Source: Hemiscyllium ocellatum (lineage: Eukaryota). Taken from it: DNA of 64,000 nt. Under the pieces are notes generated by a model. The model did not search any database, had not been told where the DNA came from, and saw only the letters and a list, made by a program, of their open reading frames with translations. Of this stretch, positions 24,798-39,245 are shown piece after piece. Numbering within the stretch: the stretch's first letter is position 1; the number at the start of each line of letters is the position of its first letter. The stretch is from contig NC_083407.1 in assembly GCF_020745735.1 (NCBI RefSeq), positions 68,377,857 to 68,441,856 on the forward strand. The letters are read 5' to 3'. Both the position numbers and the translations under genes were made by a program.

Positions 24798-27270
24798 AAG
24801 GACATCCTATAAATGGCTCCTTAAGTGTATATAATGAGACATTTCCAGGCAGAAATTGCATGTACCGATAACATGGCTTGTAGGTGCTTTCCTGCTGATT
24901 TTTAATGGCATTGAAGGGACTTTGTCTTGTGCCTCACTTTTGTTCTCAAATGTAGCAAATGAAACAAAAAGGAGAAAGTCACCCTAGCTGCAGCTGAAAT
25001 CATTGCGACTCTAGTCAGTGGCTATTTTTATCACACAGCACACCTTAGTAACCTTAACAAGTGCGAGGCACTAAGTGGTGAAGACATGGTGAGGTGTACA
25101 CTTCAGGAAGGTACATGTGTAGTCTGCTAGCATGAAAATGAAAGGCTGCGACGCTTGTTCATGGTCTTTTTTTTATTTTATAATGAAGGCCCAGTGATTT
25201 GTTGTGGTAATTTGTGGTTTCCACAACTATTTTTGCTTGTAATGTGTATTTTTGCGATTCCATCTCTTTGTGTATATTGTGTTGATATTCGAGATTTATA
25301 GTGATCAAGAATTAGACAGTGTTTTGTGGTTTCTTTATTTAAAATGAGAAAATGGTATTTGTAATTGTGCTGCTGGATGGATTATTGTTACAAGCCTACA
25401 ATGCAAGATTGCGTACATTTTTATGTTCAAAAACGATACCAAAATTAGTTCGTGCTACTAAAATTCAAAAAAATAAATTTAGTAGTAATAAGCTGAATAG
25501 CGTGAGTAGTTTTCCTTTTTTGGTATCGGGACATGTTTTCTTATATATGAGAACAGCTTATGTTGCGAGGCAGACGTGAACAAATGTCATGAAAAGAGAC
25601 CTTACATAAAAGAATGCAGAATCCTAAAAAAAACGAGGGATCTGCAATTCTGTGCCAAATATGTATAGATACAAACCGATGTTTACTAGAGCAACATTTC
25701 TGAAAGAGAAATGGGCTCAGATAAATATTACAACAGTAGTGTTCAGGGTGCATGTTAAACTCTTTTCTCGGTTTGTTGGTTGATAAATGAGTAAGTTGGT
25801 TACACCAATCTGTGAACGTTTAGTATTACAAGTGGGAATGTGTTTCCTTTCGATTTTCTCCAGAACGGATGAGCGAACAACAATACGACAAGGTACATAG
25901 TTTAGAAACAGAAACGGTCGACACCATGTGTATTTTGCTTTGTGAAAGCACTATTCGTTTTTCCAATCTATTAATCTGTAAAGACACACTGGTGGTTGAT
26001 TTAGAGGGGCAAGGACAATAGCCGAGAGGCTCTTCAATTAGGCAATTTACACCTAAACACAAATTACTGAAGATATTTTGATTCTAGCAGTTTTAAGGAA
26101 GCTAATGTTGTTACAACCAGACGAAACGAGTCAGAACTTCCTGAAATACAAGATTGCATGTGCTGTGCCAACATTCTCACGATATCAATCAGAGACACAC
26201 TGGTATGTCATGGAGATTCAGCATTCAGTTCCTTTATACAATGTTGTAAAACGGTCAATCATTGCAGAGTATCCAGATGTTTAAACGCAATGAAGTGCTC
26301 ATTGAGTGTCACTAAGGAAGAGCTCATTAGATAGTCCAAGTGCAGTACTATTTCCATAATAAAATTACCCCCATAAGCTAAATAGGAAAATATATTCCAA
26401 ATGCTCACGAAGCCAACGTGGGAACACTTAATGTCAGGTTCCGTGAGGGGCTGCCCAGCCTTTGGATGTATAGCTTCGTCAAAATAAAGCGCTTATTTTT
26501 TTCTCTAATTTCTGAGAGCATCAGAGCAAACAAGGGGAGCGATATTGTGTTTAAGTTTTATTGCAGTGAAAGGTTATCTCCTCACAAAATAGTAGATTCT
26601 CGAACAATTTAAATGCTTTAGATTTAGCCCGTTTAATTTCTGTAAAATTGGAGGTTTCGAGGGGGGAAAAGATGGCTGGTATCCACAATATTGCCTTAAA
26701 ACCATTAAAGCCATTGGTAAAATGTATATGTGGAGGGAAGAAGTCCGGAGGGGTTCGGGCTAATGGCCTATCTAATCCGCTAAAAGGAAACCGAGCCAAA
26801 GCAATTCTCAGGAAATCATTATTCGCAATCATGCAGCAATTTAGAGGGCAATGCCAGGATTCCGTCAAAATGCATGAAGAAAATCTATTTCCTAGGAATT
26901 TCGATGCTCAACTCGATTTCGTAACATTCAGTAACAAAGAAAGTTGGCGGTGCAGCTCCTTTTCCTGTTCCTTCACTGACCTGCAAGCTTGCAGCTGGCT
27001 TAGCTGGATATGGTCTGCTTGAAAAGGCGAATTCCATGATTCTTTGTTCTTTATAGGATAAGCCGTGTAGTTCTCAGACTTGCACATGACATTACTATAA
27101 TATATCCACGTCTTGATATTATAAATGAGTGATATTCTCTATACCATTTAAATCATTGTCTCCAGTACAAAACGCTAAGGTTCACGCGTAGCAAGATGTC
27201 CTTTTCTGACGCCTTCATGTTGAGAAGCTGAAAAGGTATTTTACTGAAGTTCGGCTAAACTGTAGGAACA

Positions 27271-27287
27271 GGTTCACCAAAAGGACA
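27271..27287 (+). promoter_or_regulatory. DR5 RARE of the HoxD4 3' neural enhancer
   Basis: GGTTCA-ccaaa-AGGACA has the half-site pair of the Hox4 3' neural-enhancer RARE; further TGACCT half-sites at 27327 and 27342. Confidence 0.85.
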
Positions 27288-28799
27288 AATTTTCTATTCG
27301 ATTAGCTGTATTTCAGCCTGGAGGACTGACCTCTAAACCCTTGACCTTTTGGACTCATTCCTACCCTTCGCCTTTTCTATGTGTTTTAACACAGACAACA
27401 TCTAGTTAAAGCCAGTTGAAATAGTTTCTCACGTATGAACTACTCCAATTTCTGCAGGGACAAGTTTTGCGGCTATTCTTGGGCGATAATATAGTATTAT
27501 GCTACTATGGTGTCTCTAAACTCGATTTCTATTACACCCGTCCCCCCACCTTTACAGGAGCGACACTACAACCGTTACCAACATTTTATCTCAAATGTTG
27601 GAGCAAGGAATTTGTTGATTTGTTCAGCTTCAAACTTCGCTTAATTTTAGCACAATATGCTTTTGCTGTATTTTCCTTGCTGCACGAATAAAAACAGCAT
27701 TCAAAAACACTTCCATTCATCTCCCAACATTCCCATTAAATTATTTCTCCAAAATTGCACACAAACGTACTTTGTCACATTTAGTGATATATTTAAAATA
27801 CTTGAAATAATGTTGACATTTGTGCTGAATAATGGTCTATGATGTTTGTCAAATCAGAATTGAATTCTGTTCATGCCAACTAAATTTTATGGCAACATGC
27901 AGAACAACAAAACAAATAAAAGTGAAACAAAAAATCAAGGTATTCAGTTGCTCTCAAACACTATTGCATCCTTTTTATGAGTAAAGGCTGCATAATATTT
28001 TTCCATTATTCATTAAGTAAAGAAGGCACATTCTCAAACCAAATAGACACAGTTTCCTATCATTTTTGTGTTTTGGTCTGACCTGTGTTAATGCTAAACT
28101 ATAATTCATAATCATCTCTCTCCCTCAAAGAATCCGCAGTGTCTTCAATGAAAATTGGGTAGAACAGTTTTCTTTCTGTTTACAATACCCCAGGAAAAGA
28201 GAAACTAAAATAACTTCTTAATATTTTGCAATATTTCATAAAACTGCACTGATTGAATTTGAGATTCAGTATGTGAGAACAGCCAAAATAAGGAACAATT
28301 AATCAGCTGCGTATGTTGCCTTTTCCAAGGTACAAACTAAATTATCTGAACATATATATGCTCAAAGAGGCTGTAAGCAGTATATGACTTTGACTTTTGT
28401 ATAACACCTATCTCCTTGAAAAGCAGTCGACTTTAAACCGCAGTTATCAACAAGGTCAATTGACAATGTCTCATATTCATGTAGCCATGTAATTTATCAA
28501 TATTTAAACCAGCCAGCCACACACATTAGTGTATGTACTGGTTACAAATTATAATTCAAATGTTTTAAATTCAAAAGCTTAATTATTTTCAAGTTTTTTC
28601 ACTATATAATTTGTCACAAATATTGAGTACATAGATATGGGAAACATAGAACATAAAAGTCAACAACATCATGATTTCTGAACTGTTATATCATTCAAAA
28701 TTCATAACGTCACATATAATATCAATCACAATCAATCAACGTGCATATTTATATCCATCGATGCACTGCTCCCATGGCCACGTAAAACTCCTATATCTA

Positions 28800-29005
28800 A
28801 CTATATGCTGTGTATATGCATGTCTTTTATTCTTAGCATGCTCATAATTTCATCAGTGTACATACATGCATATATGCCTATGTGCATGTGCACATGCATG
28901 GATATTTTGCATGTATATTTACATGCATGTATGAATGAATATGTCTATATGTTTGCGTGTGTGTTTGCGATAATGTACATGTGTATGTTCTTACGTCTGT
29001 GCACA
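28800..29005. repeat. Degenerate alternating purine-pyrimidine tract (TGCA/TA/TG)n
   Basis: catacatgcatatatgcctatgtgcatgtgcacatgcatg...; source of a spurious 79-aa M/C/Y/H ORF. Confidence 0.7.
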
Positions 29006-31077
29006 TCTAAGAGCAACAGACATGCATTATTTGACTTTCTATGAAACAATTTTAATATTTAGTTTTATTGAAGAAATCCGAATGAACTTAAACTCAAACG
29101 AGTAACATTCGCTGCATTTTTATTGTTGTCTATAACCCGCCTGGTTACTTCGTTTCTTGTGTAGAAAGAGAAACGGCTGAATGGAAGGCAAAGAGTCAAT
29201 GCGACCATGCCATAGGCTGGTCATTCAAAATGGGACAAAGCTGATGCAACCCAACGCTACTAAACAGCCATATTTGTTAGTCCTTTCTTTTAGAATTTTA
29301 AAACATATTTGCCAAGCTAATGTTTCTCAAATGATAAAGAATTTTACATTTTAAGGTTATGTCCAGAGGAGGTGGTAGGATTTTATGTATCCTTTTATAT
29401 TTGATTCGGCCACGTGATTTACTAAATAATTAATGCAGTACGTCCCGAAAGAAACACGGCGTCGTCATTAATCGGCCAAGCAAAGGACTCTATCACACTT
29501 GAAAAGTGAACAGATCCCAAGAATATTATATACAAATGGTCCGCTATTTCACTTTCCTGTTGTAGTTCGTTGCAAGAAACTGAAAAATGGAAGCTTGGTA
29601 GGTAAACAATTTTAGTTTTGTTTCTGCTAAGATAGCAAATGAATGTAACTGTCATATATATTTGATGAATAGCGCCCTTTGCTTCTTACTTTGTGCTACC
29701 AGGCGACAGTCATAAGTTGTAGTAGGCAGATATACTGACCTTCTATTCGGATTAGCTTTAACAATTTGGAGCAACTATGATAAACTTCAGATGCAGAAAT
29801 GTGTAACGGCTGCATTTTGGAGAAAGGGGTAAATGTTAGTAAGACTGCGGTGAGGTTATTATTAAGGCGTAGTTGAGTGTAATGAAATGGCGTAGATTTT
29901 ACGGTTTACTTGTGCTTTATTGCAAACAATGCCGGCTGTCATGGCATCTGCTGCCTATTTGTACACAGCGAAATAGAGGCCTGAGCATTGTTGAATACCA
30001 CGAGTCATATATTTTGTTTTCTTTGAGAGGTACTGGAAAGTCTGTAAAGGAGATTCCACAAGGACAATTGCAGGTACTCACGTCTACAGAAACTAGGTTG
30101 ATGAGCGCTTTGTGTTTTTTTAGTCGATGTTTTGCTTCAAAAGATGAAACAAATGTCTTCTTTGAACACACGGGTATTTCCAAATCCCCCCAAAAAGCTA
30201 GTGTTGCTTTCTTATAAGCTGTTAAATTATGATCCACAAAGCTAGAAGAACGTGCTTGACCCGTTTAAAGAATAAATGGTTATGATTTCTACCCAGATTA
30301 AGACCAAGTTATAATTTCACCAATAGTACATTTTATAATGTAACAAAGTGGCACAATGCTGATTTGTTCAATTGAGGTCAGTTCAGAATAGGGAGGTATA
30401 TCTCACATACATGATATAGGTAACTGAAGACAATAAAGCCCAAGAATGATTAATCTTGTTATTGTTGGCCGTTTCAGTGACGTGAAAAAAGTTTTAGTTT
30501 TAGGGTAAAGCCCGAAAATAAATCCTAAGTAAGCATTTGAAGTTGGAGCAATGAGCAGTGAGACTTTAACGTACATTACAATATAGCGTTTTAGTGACAG
30601 ATCTTGACAGCTCGGTTCCTAAATCTTTTTCGATAGGTGTACTATAAGCTACATAAGTTACTCTGGTAAATAAAAATATTTTTGAAAAAGGATTTGATCA
30701 CCTTGTTTGGCGATATTTTACGATATGAACGTCGGCATTTATTGCTTCCGTTGCTTTTGTCACAAAACACTTCTGGAAATTGAATTTGTTTCGTTGTCAC
30801 GTGTGTAAAGTCGACGTTCGTTTCCTTTTTTAATAAATTATGCATTAAAACAATAACCTATTAATTCAGTTATTCACCGATGACAAATGCAGCGCTGCTT
30901 TACTGATGACAAAGCTATGGTTGTGCCGCCAAGTTACTTTCTTTTCTACTCTCACGTCAACTCAATCTCGTTTACCGTTAAATTCTAATCCAGCAAAGAA
31001 CTAGGCAGACAAAAATCAATGAACACACTTTAATTATAACTTTTTCATTAAATCAAAATAAAGTATTATGTTTTGTT

Positions 31078-31102
31078 GGGGGGGGGGGGGAGGGGAGGGG
31101 GG
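31078..31102 (+). repeat. Poly-G tract, potential G-quadruplex
   Basis: G13-A-G4-A-G6. Confidence 0.75.
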
Positions 31103-32719
31103 TCAACAATTTTCCACTTTGTTATAAATCACTGCGAGAAATTCCTGAAAGGGTGAAAGGCTGCCGAGACCAGGCGAGGATTGTAAATCTCTCCCTTTTA
31201 TTGCTTCATGAACATATGCTGCGGTGGAAGATGTCTTCAGATCCCCATTTGATTATATTCCCCGTAAAGTTGGGTTCCCACAGTGACAAGCATTAGCACA
31301 TAGTTGCTTCATCTTAGTCTCCTCGTAAAATTATCAGAGAAGGTATAACTTGCCATAATAAAATGGTCTATTTACACTTTTGGGATCAACAATACCAGAA
31401 CAGAAATTACTTCAAAGTCACAAACATGGATAATTTGAACGATATAAAAGATTTATCTTCTTTACGAGAGCCCACAACAATCTGTGTTACGAAAAATGTC
31501 AGAAGACAAAGATTCAAAATTACTCAACATCGGTTTGGGGAGAAAGCAATGCTTTAGCTAAACAGTGAGTAGTAACTCGTATTTTCTTTTAAATAATTTA
31601 TAATGCAGTAATTGCAAAGCAATATTTTTATAACGACCATACAAGCCACAGAGGGTAAAGTAATTTAGATAAATGTTGCGTTAAGCCAGCGCTAGGTGCA
31701 ATAAGGTCATGCATTACTGTCAATAGAAATGTTTTTTATTGCTATTAAATTACAGGCAAATGTTTCAGATATTAAGAACAGTTGGAGGTAACATTTAACA
31801 GAAACATTCAGCAACTCGATAGAATTTCACTAAAAATTAATTTTCGCTAACCAAAAAATTATATTTCAACAAAACATTTGAGAAAGAAAAGTACAAAATA
31901 AACACGGAGGCATCACTCAACAATTTTCAAACGCCGCTTTGGTGAAAAAAAATCTCTAACCAGACAATTGGCTCTGGTAATTTAAGTTGCTTCTCCTGAA
32001 AGGAAAAAGGAAAATATCACGTTAATTCCTAGTCCACAGACATCACTTTTATTGCATAAAACGGCAGTCCCAAACGATGATTAATTTGCCCTTCTAGAAA
32101 AGAAACAGATTCAGTTTCACAGAACTAGTTTCTATTGCAGAATTTAATTTCTTTAACGGCTTCTATCAACTAATTCAAATTCTAAGCAGGATAAATGTAA
32201 CGTCCTGCTCCTTCGACGGATTTTAATGAGCTCACCCCCAAAACATATAACCTAAGTATATGGTTGGTGTAATTTCGATATCTATTTTATCATTCTGTTC
32301 TAAGTTTTTGTGTTGGTTTTGAAAACCATTGATGTAACTTCTGTTTTCAAAACTCTAAACGATGTTAAATGTTTTATACGTACGTTGTCTGCGATATATG
32401 TATTCACAAATTCCGATTCTATCAAACTAAACTTCTTTTGATTAAATGAATGAGTGCAATAATCAACACAATATACTAGAAGGAATGCTTAGCAACAGAC
32501 AGCATATAGGCAATGAAATGGCAAAAAAAATACAAATCTATTGTTCAGTTTAGCGAACGTAGCGCTACTCTGAAAAAAAAACACTGCCTCACGATGTGTT
32601 TTATTCAAGTAAAGAATACTGAATTTTCACTCAGCTCTTCGTTGGTGCTAATGTAAGAAGTGACTCGAAACACCGTTCAATCCATATTAAATAGATGTTA
32701 GTGAGGTAGCGCTGGATCA

Positions 32720-33155
32720 ACTTACTGGCTCAATCAGAACAATCTGGTAACACAGATCACGTGAACAAATATGCCTGTATCTTAAGGCAGTGCCTATATT
32801 TTCTGATTATAAAAGGTATCCGTTGCACTATAAAATTCATAAATTGCAACTTTTTAAAGGAATATCTACTGGTTTATAAATACCAATTGTTCGTTGGATG
32901 TTCGATTATAAAGTATCGGTTTAGATTTAAAAGCTAAAGCATTACTGGACACCGTTTTTATTGGTAGTTGTCCCTGAGACCGAAGCCATTTCTATCGGGA
33001 ATAGCGTCTGCATTTGGTATCGAAATGTCTGTAAAACCGCAAGATCTGGTTTAAGGCAGCATTGTCTCCAGACAAACGGCAGAGGATGTTATTCGCAGCT
33101 GCAGGCTAAGAAATTGAGTTTGAGAAGCATAGATTTATGATAAATTGACACACAG
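32720..33155 (+). promoter_or_regulatory. Distal HoxD3 promoter and probable non-coding exon 1 (donor 33156)
   Basis: TCACGTGAACAAATATGC...TAAGGCAGTGCCTATATT...GATTATAAAAGG block resembles conserved Hox3 distal promoters; TATA-like TATAAAA; CAG|GTAAG donor at 33156. Confidence 0.7.
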
Positions 33156-36100
33156 GTAAGCAATGGTATGGTAAAATGCAACCTTTAGCAGAAGGTTTGG
33201 ATAATGCCTTCAGCAAGAGGGCATATTATTCATGCCAAATTATATGAAATTCTGATACAAACTAGTGTATTCTTTCTATTTCCGTGGAACAACCACAAAC
33301 TGGTTTTGGAGCAAAGTATGACGCTTTATAGAGAGAAAAAAACATTGCTCTTCCACGAAAGTGCGCAATTTGAGAAAGGTTAGATCGGACAAACTAAAGC
33401 AGTCCCAGATTTGTCTTGTGGCTGTGTTTTAGCTGATTCTGCGGTTTTATGTAAAAGGAAAACGAAATAAAAAGGCATAGAAACCCAGGGAACTTTTCAA
33501 ACTGTCACTAGCAAACTTAGATCGTAAATCACATTAATTTGTTGTCTCTAGCTTATCGTCAGGCTGCAGTCCTCTTTGATTTATGCGTTTCAGAAATATA
33601 TTGCAGGCTAAAGTTATTGCGGCAGCCCGTATAAATTATTTCTCAATTAATGTTATTTTCTTTCAAGGAAAACAATTTGTGATTTTCTAGGAAGTAAGTA
33701 TATCCGTATTTTTAAATACATTAAATATCGAATATTACATTCATAACAAACGTGTCAGGAGATCGTCTCCAATGGCTCAGGTTCAATATTTTTCCAGTTA
33801 TCTACTTCGCCGTTAACCACGTTAGGTAAATCCTGTTAAACGAAATCGTCTCCTTTCTCCCAACTCCTGGTGTCTAGGCGACCGTTTTAGTGGAATCTTA
33901 ACGTTAATAGTTAACTTGTTTTTTTCTCCTCCAGTTCTAAAAACGCTTTAAATAATTCTTCATTAACTGTTCCAAACAGAGTAACTGCATTATTTTCCAA
34001 ATTAAAAGCATAAAAATTCCCACTTTATGCATATTTCACCGTTATTACTGTAACGCTTTGGTCTGACTGTAGCCTGTGTGATCGGCAGTGGGATCAAAGT
34101 TGCTTCTTTATGAAATTGCATTAAAGTTAGTATAACAAGACTATCATTCGCTGTAATTTTAATGATCATTATTGAGGACTTCTCATTTATTTTTCAATTA
34201 AAATATGTATGTATAACTTGTCCAAACTCACGAGTGTTTCTTACAGATTTGGACATTTTAGTAGCATGTCCACAGGTATAAAAAATAGGTTTGCAATGTG
34301 CATATGTGCTTTGTTCGGTCCAAAAAAAAACTTTTGAGGCGAGCATTTTTCATTACTGTATGCCTCGAAGCTGCTGGGCTGCCATGTTAGTCAGCTGAAT
34401 CCAATTACTCTGAGTAGCATTTCATTTTGCTCGATGGGGCCACTCACTTATAAATTCACGTAAAATTTCAATAAACCTCCCTGCAGCTCCCGTCATGATA
34501 TCTTTTAACATTTATTTATAGTGTGGCTTTAGAATATTTACCCCCCTGAAAGAGAAGTCCAAACTTTTCAGGCACCATATACAGTAATCGCCTTGGGCTC
34601 ACAGACGGAGTGTCCTCCACAATGGTTTGGCAGACAGTAAGCGCGAATCCATTCCAAACTTTTTCTACCTAAACTAGTTTGGGAGTTTAGGAACATGGCG
34701 AAATAAAAGTTTTCAAAACTTATCGGCGTAGCCACTCTGTCAACAAGGTTTACATGGGTAGCCTACTCATACTCAGGGACGGAGTGTGAGAGGTCTCTTC
34801 CAACGCTGCGAAATCAATAAGATGTTTAAAAACTTACCATCCAGGTCATTGCTGAGCAGACCTGAGCTATCAGTGACTGTTTGAAAGCAACCAAGTGTTT
34901 AAAGCTTGTCGACTGCGTTCGCTTTCCTTGGAAAATCGCGAGTTTGCTCTGCAAATTCTTAACTTAATTCCGGTCATTACAGAGAAATAAAAGATTTTAA
35001 CTTGACGTATGGCCACGTGAATACATTACAAACATTCTGGTGGGAGGCATCAGACCGAGGACGCGATGTCTTGCCGACTGTGATTTGGATCCTCTTCTAA
35101 CTTCAAATTATATCGACACAAGTTGGTGAGACTAGTTTGTAAAGTGCTGTGTCTTAGTGGGCTTAAAGACGGATAGAAAGGCCATGGTGAAATTGTGTGA
35201 TGGGTTGTATTGTGAGGTAGTAGAGGCGCTTCCGTTGGTTGTTCATTAAGTGGTGAGTTATTGCTGTACAAGCCAAAGGTCATTTCAAAGGCTTATGATT
35301 CTTATATATTGTCAGCTAATGACGGGAATTTCTTTGTCCATCTGATCTGCCGCAGTTGCTGTTTTTCTTAAATGCATTTACAAATTTAAGCATGTGCTTT
35401 GAATAGGTATAACGTTGACAAAAACGCAGTTTCTGTCTGACTTCAGCTTCCCTTCACCTTCCATCTGTTTCTTGCACATTGATTTGGAGTTTGCAGCCTG
35501 TCTGGAGATGCCAGCGGGGCTGTATTATTGCATTTTAGCCCCCATTTTGCATAACCAAGCTCTTTATTGCGAACATTATGATCAAGTTTGATCGATATAA
35601 AATATTACATGATGTTTGGTATCCCAATGACAAAGCATAACCGCCTGTCAATATAATACATTATTCATGAGCTTCATATATGGCGCCAGGGCTTTTCTTC
35701 CAAACCTCCATATTTGTATTGTTATGTGAGTTTGCTATAAAATATTCGGCAGAGGTGATGGTTTGTCTTTAAAAGCATGTATTTAAACGACATCAAGAAA
35801 ATAAAGAATTACTTATTTTATATTGTGAAGGTTGTTGATGTTAGTTTTTGCAGTCATTTCGAAAAAAAAAGTCTGAATGCATGATATAATATTGTGGTTC
35901 TTATTTAATACTCCGTTTGGGCTCAGGTTCCATTAAAAGGCCACTGCAGAACGATCTATTTTCTTACCAAGTGCAGTAGGCCTCAAAATATCATGTTCAT
36001 TGGGTAATAAGGCCACCCTTGAGGCACATTTCTGGTATTTTAAATGGAAGTTCCTATTCCAAATGCTCGTTGCTATTAATAGATTTATGCTTCCGCAATA

Positions 36101-38959
36101 ACAATTTGAGTTATGAAAATCGCTTCAAATAAATGATTTGTTGTGTTCAAATTCTCGGGAGGCATTCTTCACGAAATCCTGATTTTTACTGATTTTAAAT
36201 ACATTTCATCCCTTCCTCTTTCCCTTATTTCATTTTAATTTCACTTGATAATGCAACTCACTTCGTTAAGCACAGAACCCTGCTATTTAATACCATTGAT
36301 TTTCTAATTTCTGAGGCATTGAAAGTTTTTTTTTAAATCACGAAGTCATTAGATTAAAACTCACGAGGAAACTGTTTTTTTCTGACATTTTAATGTAAAT
36401 AATAAATCAAATACATTTTGGGCAGAACAAGAATGGATCTGCACGGCCTGTTCAAAGTTCCTTTCATTTCTTTGTTTGATAGGAGCCAAAAAACGACCTA
36501 AAATATACAGGATATAGAGAAATAGCATTAGTGAATGAGAAAATATTTAATTACATTTTCTGTTTTCAGAACAAAGCCAGTGCCTTCTGGTCAATCTGGA
36601 CAGATTCCAAGCCCAAGCCAAGCAAAAGCACATAGAAAATTTCTGTGCGGTGAGTTTTTATACTTTCCATTTTTTTAAAGCTGTTGGACTCACTATGGTC
36701 AATAAGTAACTGAGATTCGTTCACGTTTTCATATTTTAAAGACCGGAACACAGGTACCAAAATTGAAACACAGTTCTCGAATGTGATCCATGGTTTCTTC
36801 AGTTGCGCCCATTCCCGTGCTAGCCGCCCGTGAGTTTGTCTCTACCCTGTGCTAGAACCAAGGCTTTTGTAAAGTAACCCGTAATTCCGGCAATTTGGTC
36901 GGCATCTGATTGCAGAACAGAGGCCTTCAACGGAATCGATGCGATTGAAAACGGGAGGGAATGAAATGTTAGTTAAACTAATCGCTTTATGGACAGTCTT
37001 CATGCACTCTTCAAAAAGGCATGTTTGTAAATATGGATGACTGTGTGAGATTCGTTCAAACAAAAAGTCGGTAATATTTTTAGAGTATTAAACATTATTC
37101 GTTTGAGCCTGTGATATTCCGCCAACTGCTTCTATTTCAGTTCTTTCAAAATCATTTTTCAATCCAGCTGAGTTTCAACCTTATAAACTGTGTTTGTTTC
37201 CATTCCTTTTCCTTTTCTAACTCGTACCAGGCTTCACCAAGAGATCGACATAATTGTTCTGACCAAATATCTAGTTTGTAAGTTAATTGTTCATACACTT
37301 GTGTTACATTTCTGTGAAAATCACAAGATGAAATGTAATTTGAGGCAGGAATCGCACAACTCATGCAACTTTTATCATCGACAGTAAACGTGTTTATCCC
37401 ATTTTGGAAGGAATAAAATAACTTACGTTGAAAGTAAGTTAGCAGCTGAAACCTGGTGATCATTAATTTAATGATGAGATCCTGTTGCCTTTCTTGTAAT
37501 CCTGGATTATTTTTCCAGAGACTCCAGGAAATTGCAGCAGAAGGCAAATCATTCCAATTTAAAGCGAAGTTTCCAACGCCTATGGTTTAGGAACTAACCG
37601 CAAACCAAAAGATATTGAATTATCCAAGTTGCAATCTGAACAGATGTGGATATCCAACCAGAAATCTGAGCCAGAACTGATCCTCTAAGTTTAAACATAA
37701 TTAGCATTGCTATGTCCCCACAATATTCTACTTCTTCTCGTGAGCTATAGCCGAAGATGATATACATTTCAGTAGGGTTTTTAACGACACATATATAATC
37801 AAACAAGTTAATCAAGCATTTGTAGACTTAGAAAATAGCTGAAATATTTATCACTAATAACTTTAAATTGGACACTCCAACCAGACACTAAGCCGGAAGA
37901 GAAAAGCGGTTTTCTCCCCCTTTCCCTCAGCTTCATACCTGAAATCAAATCTTTGATTTCATATTTGACTCCCAGCTAATGTTTATCCACGGCAATTCTC
38001 AGTTCTTCCCGCTCGAGCCATGTGCTTCTGCTGAATGTGAGAAGCTTCTGGTCTGATCCGTAATTCAAAATCCCTGGCAACTTTCAATGGTTTATATAAA
38101 ATCCTGCAAGTGCTGGCGAAACGCCTTGTTGATAAGAAACTTGCCGAGTATGGACATTCTTTTTCAGGACTTTCCTCCTACGCTGTAGCTGTTTTACACT
38201 TCTGAAGATAGCAAGTCTTTGGAAAGTGTTTTTCTTTTCATTCTGTAGTGAAGCGTTTACGACCGTAGCACTAGCAGTCATAAATTTTGCGCAGCCCACA
38301 ATGACAGGTGCATTGATATTCACTGTGAGGGCTCTAGCTTCTTGCTAACGAACTGCCCACCTTTAGAGATGCTTTCTAAATTGTTAGGCTACTCTGCTAA
38401 TATTTAAGTGAAAAATAAACAAATAAATGAATGATTTGACTAACAGTTAAAAAGACAGAAACCATTTCTCAGTGGTCTGGCCTCGGACAAATAAAACAGG
38501 ACAAATGGCATAGCATTGTGAGCCATTACATGGAGTGGGGGTGGGGAGAGACATAACAATCCATATAGTTATGCCTGCCTTTTTAAAAGCAGTTTACCTT
38601 TTCCAACGCCTTTTGTAGACGAGCTTAAAATCTGCGACACTGAAAAACTGAATTATAATACATTGATTTCAATCCTTTCATGGTGCATGCGGTACCAATA
38701 TCCTGTTCGTAATAGCAGTTTTCGTCATTAAGATTTGTCATTGATGTTGCTCAAAAGTACTTAATAATTTGCTTTTTTTCGCCATGTGTCCCGTGATTTT
38801 GGATAATATATTTGGAAATACCAAAGTGGGGATGATGGTCCATAACAAGGTGTTACTTATCAAATCTTTGTATTACGTCTCGCACCCTTGCATTTAGAAA
38901 ACATGTAAGGTAAGAAAGATCTGAAAGATGAACGCAGAAACAGTTGACCATTGTCCAAA

Positions 38960-39003
38960 TGATTTATGGCCCATGGCTGCGATTTAAGTTCAAGCAGAGT
39001 TCA
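38960..39003 (+). promoter_or_regulatory. PBX-HOX site plus DR5 RARE upstream of HoxD3
   Basis: TGATTTATGG at 38960-38969; AGTTCA-agcag-AGTTCA at 38987-39003, matching the Hox3 upstream RARE type. Confidence 0.8.
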
Positions 39004-39214
39004 CAAGCAGTTGGAGTTTCTGAACCAGATCTGCCGCTTCACCACAACCTTTCCACAATGCTTTCATATTAATGTTAGTTTTGATATTCTGAAGATAGCG
39101 CCTTCAAATCCATTGCAAGTTGGGAGGCTGGCTGCAGTGGCGGAGGTTCAGATCCCATGGCAGTAAATAATACTGAGTTACTCTCTTATCTCTTACATAT
39201 AGCACAGATTAGAT

Positions 39215-39245
39215 GGGCGGGGGTGGGGTGGGGGGAGGTGGGGGG
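39215..39245 (+). repeat. G-run tract, potential G-quadruplex
   Basis: Five runs of three or more G with 1-4 nt spacers. Confidence 0.65.

Noticed and set aside
26551-27022. 105- and 124-aa overlapping ORFs 3' of HoxD4
   Set aside because: No recognisable domain; the region is better explained as TAAT-rich enhancer DNA.
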